Assembly: GCA_040904565.1 (NCBI GenBank)
Contig: JBBDTI010000059.1
Coordinates: 1 to 18,496 of the forward strand
Length of the DNA: 18,496 nucleotides
Source of the DNA: Rhodothermales bacterium
GTDB lineage: Bacteria > Bacteroidota > Rhodothermia > Rhodothermales > VXPQ01
Reading direction: 5' to 3'
Positions within the stretch are counted from its first letter, which is position 1. Every line of letters begins with the position of its first letter. Made by a program: the position numbers and the translations under genes. The notes beneath the pieces are model-generated. The model was given only the letters and a program-made list of their open reading frames with translations. It had not been told where the DNA came from and ran no database searches. Positions 1 through 10,019 of the stretch are shown one piece after another.

Positions 1-518
1 AATCCGACCGCGTTCGCCACGTTGCCGCCGCTGACGAGGAGCCCCCCGCAATCGACCGGATAGCCCGTCAGCTCCGCGATCCACCGCACCGTCTGTGCTT
101 CGATCTCCGAGGCGGCCGGCGACAGCAGCCATCCTCCTACATTCGGATTTACGGCGGCCGCCAGGAAATCGGCCAGCATGCCGATCGGTGCCGGCGACGA
201 CGTGATGTACCCCCAGAATCGGGGGTGGCCGTTGTAGAGCGAATGCTCGATGAGAAACTCGGCCGTAGACCGAACGACCTCAGCCGCCGGCTGTCCGCCA
301 TCCGGCAGCCCGTCCCCGCCGAGTGCGGCGCGGACCGCGTCCGGATGCTCCCCTGGCGTGAGCGGTCGTTCGGGCAGCGTCTCCAGCAGGTCCGCGATGG
401 TATCGACGAGCTCGTGGCCCGTCTCCCGAAACGTCCGGGCATCCATCTTGAGCGCAGCCTTCCGCGCATCACCGGCATTCGAGTCGGATCGGTCTTCCAA
501 GGGGGCGTCTATCTTCAT
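1..518 (-). CDS. Group II PLP-dependent decarboxylase (aromatic-L-amino-acid/glutamate decarboxylase family); 5' part only, runs off the left edge
   Basis: Absent from the ORF track. Translated by hand from the ATG at 518, which forms an ATGA overlap with the LLM stop at 515-517: [12 protein letters not shown]...[24 protein letters not shown]...[17 protein letters not shown]...[40 protein letters not shown]...[12 protein letters not shown]. HPRFxGY, SPAAxxIE and SGGxxAN are typical group II decarboxylase motifs. Confidence 0.9.
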   Translation of the reverse strand, partial: MKIDAPLEDRSDSNAGDARKAALKMDARTFRETGHELVDTIADLLETLPERPLTPGEHPDAVRAALGGDGLPDGGQPAAEVVRSTAEFLIEHSLYNGHPRFWGYITSSPAPIGMLADFLAAAVNPNVGGWLLSPAASEIEAQTVRWIAELTGYPVDCGGLLVSGGNVANAVG

Positions 519-1561
519 ATTTCGGTGTCGGACTTTGCGCCCAGCTGCTCCCTCACGACGGGAACGACTTCCCTGCCGAACAGCTCGATCGACCGGAGGA
601 CCTTCTCGTGCGGCATGGTACCGACGGTAAACTGGAGGAGAAACCGGTCGTGACCGAAAAGGTCGTGCTGGTACATGATCTTATCGACGACGTCGGACGG
701 ACTCCCTACGAAGTTAGCGCCGCGCAAGGTGCACGTGGCGTCGAACTGCCGGCGGGACATCGGCGGCCAGCCTCGCTCGCGACCGATCCGATCCATCGTC
801 GCCTTAAAGGGGGGAAATGCTTCGTCGCGGGCCTCCTGAGAGGTAGGCGCAATATATCCATGTGAGTTAATGCTGAGCCGCTGCGGCTCGCGGCCGGCCT
901 TGCGCGCGGCGCTGCGATGGAGTTCGGCGAACGACACGAAGCGCTCGGGAAGACCTCCGATGATGCCCAGCGCCATGGGGAGCCCCAGTCGACCGGCCCG
1001 CTCGGCCGAGGCCGGCGTGCCCCCGACCGCGATCCATACGGGCAGCTTATCCTGTACGGGGCGCGGATACACGCCGCGTCCGGCGATCGCCGCGCGATGC
1101 TCCCCCGACCAATCCACCCGCTCGCGCTCGCGCAGTGCGAGCAGCAGATCCAGCTTCTCCTCGAAAAGGATGTCGTAATCTTCCAGGTCGTACCCGAAGA
1201 GCGGAAACGACTCGACGAATGAACCGCGACCGACCATGATCTCCGCGCGCCCGCCGGAGAGCAGGTCGAGCGTGGCGTACTGCTGAAAAACGCGGACGGG
1301 ATCGTCGGAGCTGAGCACGCTTACGGCGGGCGTCAGGCGAATGCGTTTCGTTCGTGCTGCCGCGGCGGCCAGCACGACGGACGGTGCCGATACGGCGAAG
1401 TCAGGCCGGTGATGCTCCCCCACACCGAAGACGTCGAGCCCCACCTCGTCCGCCAGCTCGATCTCCTCGATGAGCCGTCGAAGACGTTCCTCCGACGACG
1501 GGGTCCGGCCGGTATCGGGATCGGGCGTGCGTTCCGCGAAGGAGTAGATGCCAAATTCCAT
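515..1561 (-). CDS. LLM-class (luciferase-like) flavin-dependent monooxygenase, 348 aa
   Basis: ORF 515..1840 trimmed to the ATG at 1561 ([10 protein letters not shown]). Motifs [46 protein letters not shown] and [10 protein letters not shown]. Confidence 0.92.
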   Translation of the reverse strand: MEFGIYSFAERTPDPDTGRTPSSEERLRRLIEEIELADEVGLDVFGVGEHHRPDFAVSAPSVVLAAAAARTKRIRLTPAVSVLSSDDPVRVFQQYATLDLLSGGRAEIMVGRGSFVESFPLFGYDLEDYDILFEEKLDLLLALRERERVDWSGEHRAAIAGRGVYPRPVQDKLPVWIAVGGTPASAERAGRLGLPMALGIIGGLPERFVSFAELHRSAARKAGREPQRLSINSHGYIAPTSQEARDEAFPPFKATMDRIGRERGWPPMSRRQFDATCTLRGANFVGSPSDVVDKIMYQHDLFGHDRFLLQFTVGTMPHEKVLRSIELFGREVVPVVREQLGAKSDTEI

Positions 1562-1604
1562 GGTGCCGCGGCGTATCGTTTCGGTTTGCCTCGAAGATTC
1601 GGTG

Positions 1605-4277
1605 TTAGTCGGCCTGCTCGAACCGAAGTCGGCCCAGACGCACCATCCGGTTGAACTGTCCGAGCCCTTCGGCATTCGAACGGAGCACGACGTACAGGTC
1701 GCGCATCCCCTTTTCTGACAGCGGCAGCACCTCCTCGAACCACTCACTCGCCTCGCCCGGCTCGATATGCTTGCCGGCCAGGAGGCGGCCGCCCCATCCC
1801 CCATCTCGGATCTCCACGGTGAAATCGTGCTGCTCCGCACGAAAATCGATCCGAACCCGGCCGATTTCAGTCAGGTCGGTGTCCGGAAAGTGGAGGTAAG
1901 CGCCGTCACCGTAGACGGTCGCGATGGAACGCACGACGCCGTCGGGGTAGCTTACATCCTCGGGTCCTATCAGGTGCATGTCCGCCGCATACGTCACCGT
2001 CAGTACGGGCGGCCGCAGCACCACATCGTCGCGGCCTTTCAAGGAACCGACCTCCTGCCGGGGATCGTCGTCGTAGGTTGCCGTAAGCACAAATGCACCG
2101 CGCTCTCCACCCGGATGCTCATCGAAGTGCAGCACGCCGGAAGGCGGCAGTCCGTCGTCATCGAGCCCGAGGATATAGGCAACCATCTTCTCGACGTCCT
2201 CCGAAGCCAGCTGCGGGTGCGCTGCCATACTCTGCTCGCCCCAGACTCCGCCTCCTCCGTCCAGTATTTTCTCCACGAGGTACGGCGTAGCTTCGACGCC
2301 GTACCGTCCGGCGACCTCGAGATAGCTTGGACCGACCGATGCCCGATCGACGCCGTGACACGCGCCGCAGTCGCCGGCTTCGATGAGGCGCAGGCCTTCG
2401 GACACCGCCAGGTGCCCCTGGATATGACCTCCGGGAAGATAGTCGAAGGTGACGTGGACCCGTCCGGGCCGGATGCCGCGGCCCAATCTGCCGTCCTCCG
2501 CGTCGATCACATCCACCCGGTATCCGACGGAATCATCCGGCCAGAAGAACGAGCGGTTGCCGTCGAGCGCGATGTGCACGTCCGGCGGGGTGTTGCCGAC
2601 GACCAGCTGATGCGTCGCCTCGGCGGATGCGCCCTCGGAGTCGCTGACGATGAGGCGTACCACATAGGTGCCCGGCGCGTCGAACGTATGCGTCACCGTC
2701 GGCCCGGAAGCCGCGGCGCCCTCGATCTCCCAGTCGAAGAAGAGCTCGTCGCCCGGATCGTGGTCGAACGACTCCTCCGCGGAGAACGTTGCGGTCAACG
2801 GGGCGGCACCCGCCGTAACCGACGCGGTGAGCCGCGGGATCGGGAGTCGGTTCCCGCGATGGAAGGTGATCCGACTCAGGCGGCTGTTTTCGTTCTTCGC
2901 GTGCCAGTACGTCCCGTACTCCAGCACGTACAGGCTGCCGTGGGGCCCGAGCTCTACGTCGATGGGGTGGTCGAACGTGAGATGATCGAGGAACGGCTCC
3001 ATGAATACGTAGTCGCCGTTCGCATCCATCGTTACGGCCATTATCCATCCACGCATCCAGTCGTAGTGGATGAACTTTCCGTCGTAATAGTCGGGCAGAC
3101 GGACGTTCGAATCGACGAAGTCGGTCCGGTAGTAGACCGGTCCCGCCATTGCGTTCCGGCCGCCCTCCCCGACAGGTGGAAACTCCGGACTGGCATCGTA
3201 GGGATAGTAGATCATCGCCGGTTGCGCCGGCGGAAGCACGCGCGCTCCGGTATTGTTCGGCGAATCGTTGATGGGTCGAGCGGGGTCGAACAACTCACCC
3301 ATCCATCCGGTCGTGTAATTGAAATCGCGATAGGGCTTGTTGTCGGCGATGAACAGGGGCCATCCGAAATTGCCTGCACTACGCGCCTGGTTCACCTCGT
3401 CGTATCCCTTCGGTCCCAGTGTCGAATCGGCCCGGGCATCCGGACCCACTTCACCCCAGTACAGATAGCCTGTATGGTGATCCACGCTGATTCGATAGGG
3501 ATTGCGGTGCCCCATCGTATAGATCTCCGGTCGACCTTCCTCCGGATCCTCGAAAAGATTGCCCCGCGGGATGGTGTACGTGCCGTCCGGCCGCGGCGTG
3601 ATTCGGATGATTTTCCCTCGGAGGTCCTGCGTGTTGGCACTGGACCGCCGGGCGTCCATCTTCTCCCGTCCTTCGGTGGGGTCGATGGGTGCGTACGATC
3701 CTGCGTCGAACGGATTCGTATTGTCGCCGAACGACGCATACAGATTACCCCGTGCATCGAACGTCATCGATCCGCCCGTGTGGCAGCAGCCCTCATCGAA
3801 GGGCACTTCCAGAAGGACCTGCTCCTCTTCTATGGCGCCGTCCGCGAACGTAAACCGCGCCACGCGGTGCTTGAGCGCTCCATCGACACTGTAGTTGAGA
3901 TACAGCCATCCGTTCTCCTCGAAGTCCGGGTCGAGCGCGAGTCCGATAAGACCGTTCTCCGAGTGGGTATCTACCTCGAGTTCCTCGACGAGCCGCATCG
4001 ACTCCGAGATGGGATCGTAGCGCTTCAGCGCTCCTTTCCTCTCGATGACGAAGACGGTGCCGTCATTCGCCACGGCCACCTCGATCGGCTCGTCCAGCGT
4101 CCCTTCCATTAGAACCTGCTGGTGGAAGCGACTGGTATCGGGATGATCCACGGCGCGAGCCTGAGCGTGCAGGGAACCGGCAGACAGGAGCAGGGCAGCC
4201 GCGAAAAGCAGGATGGCCGCAGCGTACGGGACGGATCCATGCCGGCCGTTTCTCCGGTGGTCAGATAGGAAATTCAT
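1605..4277 (-). CDS. Secreted PQQ-dependent (GSDH-family) sugar dehydrogenase fused to PKD, cytochrome c and C-terminal CBM6-like domains, 890 aa
   Basis: Start placed at ATG 4277, an ATGA overlap with the uxuA-like stop. Sec signal ...[24 protein letters not shown] propeller motifs [28 protein letters not shown] and GHRNPYR. PKD motif [17 protein letters not shown]. Heme motif CGACH with distal ...[14 protein letters not shown]-like tail RDLYVVLR. Confidence 0.88.
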   Translation of the reverse strand: MNFLSDHRRNGRHGSVPYAAAILLFAAALLLSAGSLHAQARAVDHPDTSRFHQQVLMEGTLDEPIEVAVANDGTVFVIERKGALKRYDPISESMRLVEELEVDTHSENGLIGLALDPDFEENGWLYLNYSVDGALKHRVARFTFADGAIEEEQVLLEVPFDEGCCHTGGSMTFDARGNLYASFGDNTNPFDAGSYAPIDPTEGREKMDARRSSANTQDLRGKIIRITPRPDGTYTIPRGNLFEDPEEGRPEIYTMGHRNPYRISVDHHTGYLYWGEVGPDARADSTLGPKGYDEVNQARSAGNFGWPLFIADNKPYRDFNYTTGWMGELFDPARPINDSPNNTGARVLPPAQPAMIYYPYDASPEFPPVGEGGRNAMAGPVYYRTDFVDSNVRLPDYYDGKFIHYDWMRGWIMAVTMDANGDYVFMEPFLDHLTFDHPIDVELGPHGSLYVLEYGTYWHAKNENSRLSRITFHRGNRLPIPRLTASVTAGAAPLTATFSAEESFDHDPGDELFFDWEIEGAAASGPTVTHTFDAPGTYVVRLIVSDSEGASAEATHQLVVGNTPPDVHIALDGNRSFFWPDDSVGYRVDVIDAEDGRLGRGIRPGRVHVTFDYLPGGHIQGHLAVSEGLRLIEAGDCGACHGVDRASVGPSYLEVAGRYGVEATPYLVEKILDGGGGVWGEQSMAAHPQLASEDVEKMVAYILGLDDDGLPPSGVLHFDEHPGGERGAFVLTATYDDDPRQEVGSLKGRDDVVLRPPVLTVTYAADMHLIGPEDVSYPDGVVRSIATVYGDGAYLHFPDTDLTEIGRVRIDFRAEQHDFTVEIRDGGWGGRLLAGKHIEPGEASEWFEEVLPLSEKGMRDLYVVLRSNAEGLGQFNRMVRLGRLRFEQAD

Positions 4278-5344
4278 CTCGTCCTCGCCGCGCCTTCCAT
4301 GAGTCCTCTGATATAGCCGATCGCGAACAGCGTGCCCAGATCGTTGTAGCCCGGATACTCGTTTTCCTCGTAGCCCGTGATGGTAGGCACGTGGTCGGGC
4401 CGGATCGGGCCCCGAAAGCCCACGTCGTAATACGCCTGCATGGCCGCGAACATGTCGTTCTGTCCGTCGTCGTGCCACGCCTCGGTAAACTTCCGCGGCG
4501 TACCCCGCACGTCCCGAAAGTGTACGAAATGGATTTTTCCGCGCTCCCCGAACCACCGGATAGCGGCGGGTATGTCGACCTCCGGCCCCTGGCTCGCGAT
4601 GCTTCCCTGGCAGAAACAGAGTCCGTTGCTCGGACTGTCGACGATCCGCGTCACCCGCTTGAGGGCGTCGACGGACGTGATGATGCGGGGGATTCCGCGA
4701 AGGCGTTCTACGGGGGGATCGTCCGGGTGCAGTGCCAGCTTGATGCCGAGACGCTCGGCCTCGGGGACCACGGCCTGAAGAAAATACGCCATGTTGTCCC
4801 ACAGCTCCTCGTGCGTGAAATCGTCGCCGAATTCGGTGGGCGTCGGGTCCGCATCGTCCATGTCGAAGGCCGTCACCAGCGAGCCTCCGCGGTCCACCCG
4901 CGCCGTGTCGCTGCGCGACCAGCTGACGGCCGGCATCCAGTTGTAGCAGATCGTATCGATGCCCGCGTCCGAGCAACTCTGCATCAGCTCGACGAATCGT
5001 TCGATATTCTCGTCGCGACCCTCCACGCCGAGCTGTGCTCGGGTAAGGTTCACGCCTTCGAGGACGGTCCACTCCAGACCGTTGTCTTCATACGCCTGCT
5101 TCGTCGCCGCGACGTCGCGCCCTCCGCCGCCGACGCCGCCGAGGACACCCATCTGTTTGGCCAGCGCCACGCGCTGCGGGCGCCCGTTCACGCCTCCGTA
5201 GAAATACGCGATGGAAAGCTTCATCCATTCAGCTTCGGTGTCATACACCCGGGACGTACCCGCACTCGAGGGCTGGGTACCGACCGCGACGAGGGCCGCT
5301 GCGGAGGCGCTCTTCCTGATGAAATCTCTGCGTGAGTTCGTCAT
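4274..5344 (-). CDS. uxuA: Mannonate dehydratase (UxuA family) with an N-terminal twin-arginine signal
   Basis: ICYNWMP, LALHPDDPP, GLCFCQGS, IHFVHFRDV and IRPDHVPT...GTLFAIGYIRGL are UxuA motifs. The N-terminus is SRRDFIRK followed by a hydrophobic stretch ending in PSSA. Confidence 0.88.
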   Translation of the reverse strand: MTNSRRDFIRKSASAAALVAVGTQPSSAGTSRVYDTEAEWMKLSIAYFYGGVNGRPQRVALAKQMGVLGGVGGGGRDVAATKQAYEDNGLEWTVLEGVNLTRAQLGVEGRDENIERFVELMQSCSDAGIDTICYNWMPAVSWSRSDTARVDRGGSLVTAFDMDDADPTPTEFGDDFTHEELWDNMAYFLQAVVPEAERLGIKLALHPDDPPVERLRGIPRIITSVDALKRVTRIVDSPSNGLCFCQGSIASQGPEVDIPAAIRWFGERGKIHFVHFRDVRGTPRKFTEAWHDDGQNDMFAAMQAYYDVGFRGPIRPDHVPTITGYEENEYPGYNDLGTLFAIGYIRGLMEGAARTR

Positions 5345-5611
5345 GACGTACCTGTTGTGGATGCGATCCGCATGGTGATTCGTTCCAAAGTACGAATCCG
5401 CTGATGCCGACGGTAGCTAGCTGCTTCCGATTTGACCGGCAGACGGTGGCTACGCTCCGGCTTCCCCCTACAAGCGAATGCTGCCGTTTTGATCGGGGCG
5501 AGGACGGACCGGTGATCGATTGGACGGTGCAGCCGTGAACGGTTCTGCAGTGTACGTTGGAATGAAAATCAATATGATGTCCCAAGTTCATCATCCCGAC
5601 GACGTACGTCC

Positions 5612-6073
5612 ATGCCCTCGGATCACCTGTTCGCCACGGAAACGTTCATTCGGCTCCCGCGCGATGACGTGTTCGCTTTTTTCGCCGCTGCTGAAAATCT
5701 GCAGCGCATCACGCCTCCCGAGTTGGGATTCGAAATTCTCACGCCGCTGCCTATCGCTATGGATGCCGGCAGCCGCATCGACTACCGCCTCAGGCTTTTC
5801 GGTGCCGCCTTCCAATGGCACACGCTCATCTCCACGTGGGAACCGCCGTTTCGCTTCGTGGACGAGCAGATCCGCGGCCCCTACCGAAAATGGGTCCACA
5901 CGCACACCTTCTACAAGGAGGACGCCGGAACGCGCGTGGTGGACGAGGTCCGTTACCGACTTCCTTTATGGCCCGTCGGCGAGATCGCATACCCCATTAT
6001 TCGTCTGCAACTGAATCGCATTTTCAGGTACCGCCGGCGCCGCATGCTCGAACTACTCGGCGTGGGTACGTAA
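5612..6073 (+). CDS. SRPBCC (START/Bet v1 fold) family protein
   Basis: VFAFFAAAENLQRITPP, WHTLISTWEPPFRFVDEQIRGPYRKWVHTHTF and DEVRYRLP match the SRPBCC/cyclase-like pattern. Confidence 0.85.
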   Translation: MPSDHLFATETFIRLPRDDVFAFFAAAENLQRITPPELGFEILTPLPIAMDAGSRIDYRLRLFGAAFQWHTLISTWEPPFRFVDEQIRGPYRKWVHTHTFYKEDAGTRVVDEVRYRLPLWPVGEIAYPIIRLQLNRIFRYRRRRMLELLGVGT

Positions 6074-6108
6074 GCGAGATGCATCGGTATCGGTCGCGGG
6101 ACAGGCGG

Positions 6109-6663
6109 TCAAACCGTCACGCGCTCGACCCACGCAGCGAAGTCCGCCAGATAGCGTGTGACGATCTCGCGCGTCCTCTCATCCACCAGACGCAGGTCGT
6201 CGTCGAATTTCTCGGAGGCGCGGGGCACGGCCACGCTCTTGTGGGCGAACACGTCGGCGATCATGCCCAGCAGATTCAGCTTGATCTGCTCCTGGCCGCG
6301 CATGGTACCGCTGGTACCTGCGGAGGCCCCCATGAGACCCGTCGGCTTTCGCGCCATGGGCGACCTGAAGGCGGGACGAGAGGCCCAATCCAGCGCGTTC
6401 TTCATCACGCCGGGGACGCCGTAGTTGTATTCCGGGCTCACCAGCAGCACGGCATCCGCTTCGGCGATGGCCTGCTTCATCGCCGTAACGGCAGGCGGAC
6501 GCTGCTCGTCGGTGTCCACATCGGCATTGTACAGGGGAACGGGGGTGAGATCGAAGATATCGACCTGAACGCCTTCCGGCGCCAGCTCCCGGGCGGTGCG
6601 CAGCAGCGCACGGTTATAGGAGCCGGCTCGCAGGCTTCCAGCGATTCCAAGGATCGTCGTCAT
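6109..6663 (-). CDS. NADPH-dependent FMN reductase (ChrR/SsuE-like flavodoxin fold)
   Basis: GSLRAGSYN flavin-binding loop and SPEYNYGVPGVMKNALDWASR. Confidence 0.92.
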   Translation of the reverse strand: MTTILGIAGSLRAGSYNRALLRTARELAPEGVQVDIFDLTPVPLYNADVDTDEQRPPAVTAMKQAIAEADAVLLVSPEYNYGVPGVMKNALDWASRPAFRSPMARKPTGLMGASAGTSGTMRGQEQIKLNLLGMIADVFAHKSVAVPRASEKFDDDLRLVDERTREIVTRYLADFAAWVERVTV

Positions 6664-6741
6664 GGGGATACGCTTCTCTTCTAAACGTTGGGCAACTGGA
6701 CGTAATTACTCGCCGCGCTCCACCGCGATCCCCAGCACAGC

Positions 6742-7728
6742 TTACCCCAACAGCGAACCTTTCCCGACGTGCTCCCACGCCAGCACGCCGGCGCCGAGGA
6801 CGCCGCTGTGGCTGCCCAGCTCCGACACGGCGATCGGCACCGAGCTGCCTTTCGGATGCCGGAAGATGTGATCGTCGACGTACCGCTGCACGGCCGGAAG
6901 GAAATGGTCCGCCGCGTTCGACGCTCCGCCGCCGAGAACGATCAGCTCGGGCGCATACATGTGCACGACGCTGACGAGGAACCAGCCCAAATTCTTCGTC
7001 CACCGCTCCAGCGCATCCACGCACAGCGCGTCCTCCTGCTCCACCCCGCGAATGACGGCCTCGAAATCAATCGCATGCGGGTCCTCGAAGTACGCCTCGT
7101 TCAGCACCGACGGCAGCCCTCGCTGCAGGCTGTCGCGCACCATCATCGCGAGCGTCGTGGCCGAGCAGAGCAGGTTCGCCGTACCCCGCGCCCGCGTGAT
7201 GTCGAGCCGGTCGTTCGTCGCCTCCTGCACGATGTGGCTGGCCTGCGTGCCGAAGAGGAGGTGCGGGTCGCGGAGCACCTTCCCGTCGAGCAGCACGCCG
7301 GACCCCACCCCCGTGCCGAGCGTGATCGTCACCGCCCACTTCTCGTCGCGGGCGAGTCCGTAGCGAGCCTCGGCCAGGATCGACAACCGACCGTCGTTGT
7401 CGGCAATAACGGGTATCGACGTCGCGTCGCGCAGGCGGGGCACGATGGGGAAGCCTTCCACCTTCAGCTTGCCGGGCAGGAGGACGCTCCCGAACTCCGG
7501 ATCGACCCCGCCCGGAAAACCGAGACCGATCGCCGCCGGTCGTCTTCCCAGCACGCCGGAAATCCGGTCGACCTCCGCGATTATGGCCTTTAGCAGCGTC
7601 TCCGGCTCGATGGAAAAGCCCGACGGCCTCGTGACGGGCTCCGAAAGTTCACCGTGGAGCGTCACGGCGCCGCTCTTCATCCGCGTTCCCCCGACGTCGA
7701 AGCCGATGACGTATTCCGCGTCACTCAT
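6742..7728 (-). CDS. ROK family sugar kinase
   Basis: IGFDVGGT, GLGFPG, DNDG and ITLGTGVGSG motifs. No N-terminal HTH, so it is kinase-type rather than a repressor. Overlaps the SIS gene by 8 nt. Confidence 0.88.
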   Translation of the reverse strand: MSDAEYVIGFDVGGTRMKSGAVTLHGELSEPVTRPSGFSIEPETLLKAIIAEVDRISGVLGRRPAAIGLGFPGGVDPEFGSVLLPGKLKVEGFPIVPRLRDATSIPVIADNDGRLSILAEARYGLARDEKWAVTITLGTGVGSGVLLDGKVLRDPHLLFGTQASHIVQEATNDRLDITRARGTANLLCSATTLAMMVRDSLQRGLPSVLNEAYFEDPHAIDFEAVIRGVEQEDALCVDALERWTKNLGWFLVSVVHMYAPELIVLGGGASNAADHFLPAVQRYVDDHIFRHPKGSSVPIAVSELGSHSGVLGAGVLAWEHVGKGSLLG

Positions 7729-8491
7729 AGAGATGCTTCAGGCTCTTCCGATAGGAGTCGTAGAACCGCTCCAGCTGCTCGTCCGCGCTCGTGTTGCCCA
7801 CGAACTGGTGGCTCGGCAGCACCTCCGGCTTGACCCCGCGCTCCAGCATCTTCTCCGCCACCTCGCAGCGGAGCATGTTGATGATCATCGCGCCCGTGAT
7901 CGTCGACGTCGGCCCCGTCCGCCATTCCATGCCTTCCAGCTCAAGGACGCAGTCGCCGGGCGGACAGTGATTGTCCAGCACGACGTCCGCCACGTCGATG
8001 AGCTTCTTCCCCGACGAATGCGCCGGCTCGGAGTTCTCGCAGTGGTTGCGCGAGGTGATCCCGATGACGGGCATCCCTCGCTTCTTCGCGCCCATGGCCA
8101 TCTCTACGATGATCGGACGAATGCCCGACGTCGATATGACGATGAATGCGTCGTGCGGACCGAACTTGAAGCTATTCAAGATCTCTTCCGCGTAGCCCTC
8201 GTATTTCTCGAGGTAGAGCGGTCCGCGGAGTCCGTTCGTGCCGACGATCGACGCGTGGCTCGAAATGGCGTCCTCCACCAGCGCGAAAAAGCCGACGAAG
8301 CCGCCCTGCCGCGGCGTCATCTCCTCACACATCATCCGCGAGTGTCCGGCCCCGAAAAGAAACACGAGTCCGCCCTTCGCAATGCGCTCGGCGCAGATTT
8401 CGGCCGCCTCTTCGATGAGCGGGATCTGCGTGTCCTTCACCTCTTCGAGCAGATCCAGGGTCTTGTCGTAATAATCGAGCGATGCTCCCAT
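7721..8491 (-). CDS. SIS-domain (sugar isomerase) protein
   Basis: FLFGAGHS, IVISTSG, IGITS and HSSGKKLIDVADVVLDNHCPPGD...GPTSTI match the SIS_2-type pattern. Confidence 0.87.
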   Translation of the reverse strand: MGASLDYYDKTLDLLEEVKDTQIPLIEEAAEICAERIAKGGLVFLFGAGHSRMMCEEMTPRQGGFVGFFALVEDAISSHASIVGTNGLRGPLYLEKYEGYAEEILNSFKFGPHDAFIVISTSGIRPIIVEMAMGAKKRGMPVIGITSRNHCENSEPAHSSGKKLIDVADVVLDNHCPPGDCVLELEGMEWRTGPTSTITGAMIINMLRCEVAEKMLERGVKPEVLPSHQFVGNTSADEQLERFYDSYRKSLKHLYE

Positions 8492-8554
8492 TATCTATGT
8501 GTAATATATGTGTTTTCTAGGTCGGCGAATGCATGGGTAGGTCGGAACGTCTCG

Positions 8555-9976
8555 TTAGCCCCGATTACTGGACGAACCGACCCAGTTCATCCAGTAGGCT
8601 TCGATTTCTTCCAGGCTCTTGCCCTTCGTCTCCGGCAGGACCCTCCAGGCCAGATAGATCCCCGGCGAGCACAACGCGGCAAACAGCCAGAACGTGCCGC
8701 TCGGCTGGATCGTCTCCAGGAGCCACGGCACCGTCTGCCCGACCAGCGCCGTACCCACCCACAGTGCCAGCGTGGCGACCGACATCGCGCGCCCGCGGAC
8801 GCGCGTCGGGTACATTTCCGAAAGGAGCACCCAGATCACGGGCCCGAATGACGCCGCGAAACAGGCGATGAAGAAGAGAATGAAGATGAGCAGCCACGGT
8901 CCCTCCGTCACATCGAAGCGGAACAGGAGTCCGATCACGACGAGCGACATCACCAGTCCAGAAACGCCCCAGATGAGCAGGGGACGCCGGCCCAGATCGT
9001 CGATTTTCCAGATCGCGACGAAGGTAAACACGACGTTGACGATGCCGATCACGACCTGCCCGCCCAGCGCATCGCTCAGCGCGAAGCCGGCCTCCTCCAG
9101 AATCCTGGGGCCGTAATAGATGATGGCGTTGATGCCCGACACCTGCGTCAGGAAGGCCAGGGCGATGCCCAGGAAGAGGGCGAACCGAATGCCGGGTTGT
9201 GCCAGGATGCGTTTCCAGGACTCCGGCTCGTGCTCGAGCGTCGCGTGTATCTCGCGGAGCTGCCGGTCGGCTACCGTTCCACCGCCGACGCGAGACAGCA
9301 CCTCACGGGCTTCACCGCTCCGGTTACGGGCGACGAGCCACCGCGGGCTCTCCGGCACGAACAGGAGAAGTACGAAGAAGAGCAGCGCCGGCACGACCTC
9401 GCTGCCGAGCATGCCGCGCCAGACCTCCTCGACGAACACAAACTGAAAGAGGCCCCCACCCGCCGGAGCGGCCGCCTGTGCGGCACTCAGGAGTCCCGCG
9501 TTGACGAAGTACGAACAGAGAATGCCGACCGTAATCGCCAGCTGATACAGCGCCACGAGGCGCCCCCGGATGTTAGCCGGCGAAATCTCAGAGATATAGA
9601 GGGGCGACAGCATCGATGCGACGCCCACTCCGAGTCCGCCTACCAGGCGAAACACGATGAGCGAAAACTGGCTGCCCGACAAGGCGCACCCGATGGCCGA
9701 GACGCTGAAAAGAGCCGCGGCGAGCAGCAGCACCCGCTTGCGACCGAACCGGTCGCTGAGATACCCCGCCACGGACACGCCCGCCACGCACCCGACCAGC
9801 GCGGAGCTGACGTACCATCCTTCCATGACCGCGTCGAGCGCGAACTTATCCTTCACGAACCCGATCGTGCCGGAGATGACCGCGGTGTCGTAGCCGAAGA
9901 GGAATCCGCCCAGGGAGGCGATCAGCGCCAGACCCAGCAGGTAGCGCATGTTGGGTTCGTCAGACGTGCCGGCCAT
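8555..9976 (-). CDS. Sugar porter family MFS transporter (XylE/AraE-like)
   Basis: GGFLFGYDTAVISG, DRFGRK, PLYISEISP, PESPRWL, GINAIIYY and PETKGKSLEEIE. Start placed at ATG 9976 (alternative 9949) because the track's ATG at 10003 lies inside the operator/promoter region. Confidence 0.93.
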   Translation of the reverse strand: MAGTSDEPNMRYLLGLALIASLGGFLFGYDTAVISGTIGFVKDKFALDAVMEGWYVSSALVGCVAGVSVAGYLSDRFGRKRVLLLAAALFSVSAIGCALSGSQFSLIVFRLVGGLGVGVASMLSPLYISEISPANIRGRLVALYQLAITVGILCSYFVNAGLLSAAQAAAPAGGGLFQFVFVEEVWRGMLGSEVVPALLFFVLLLFVPESPRWLVARNRSGEAREVLSRVGGGTVADRQLREIHATLEHEPESWKRILAQPGIRFALFLGIALAFLTQVSGINAIIYYGPRILEEAGFALSDALGGQVVIGIVNVVFTFVAIWKIDDLGRRPLLIWGVSGLVMSLVVIGLLFRFDVTEGPWLLIFILFFIACFAASFGPVIWVLLSEMYPTRVRGRAMSVATLALWVGTALVGQTVPWLLETIQPSGTFWLFAALCSPGIYLAWRVLPETKGKSLEEIEAYWMNWVGSSSNRG

Positions 9977-10004
9977 TGACAGCGGATTTAATTGTCCGTA
10001 CATT
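9976..10004 (+). promoter_or_regulatory. Sigma70-type promoter for the GntR gene
   Basis: TTGACA (9976-9981), 17 nt, then TACATT (9999-10004). The -10 lies inside the operator. Confidence 0.6.
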
Positions 10005-10019
10005 TTGTACGTACAATTA
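9989..10019. promoter_or_regulatory. Palindromic operator, likely bound by the adjacent GntR/HutC regulator
   Basis: TAATTGTCCGTACA-TTT-TGTACGTACAATTA has 14-bp arms with one mismatch. It contains two TGT-N-CGTACA boxes resembling HutC-subfamily sites. Confidence 0.8.

Noticed and set aside
914-930. GCGATGGAGTTCGGC resembling the 5' end of a fluoride riboswitch
   Set aside because: It lies antisense within the LLM CDS and lacks the rest of the motif and a suitable downstream gene.
1562-1840. Upstream extension of the LLM ORF
   Set aside because: It overlaps the dehydrogenase 3' end, and the family-like sequence begins at MEFGIYSF.
1767-4112. 781-aa plus-strand ORF and other long antisense ORFs (4391..5335, 7397..8851, 12572..13711)
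   Set aside because: These are shadow ORFs opposite well-supported genes, expected at high GC, and carry no recognisable motifs.
4278-5072. 265-codon N-terminal extension of ORF 1605..5072 overlapping uxuA in another frame (possible frameshift fusion)
   Set aside because: The translation is Arg/Gly-rich and non-protein-like, as expected for an off-frame GC-rich read. A signal peptide and an ATGA overlap define the start at 4277, and I noticed no slippery site.
5557-5567. TTGGAATGAAA, also present near 17303-17313
   Set aside because: A single 11-bp match, in opposite orientation relative to the nearest downstream genes, is compatible with chance.
8492-8545. AT-rich spacer with short repeats (TATGTGT x2, TAGGTCGG x2) between the MFS and SIS genes
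   Set aside because: The repeats are too short to be significant. It is most simply an unstructured translation-initiation region.
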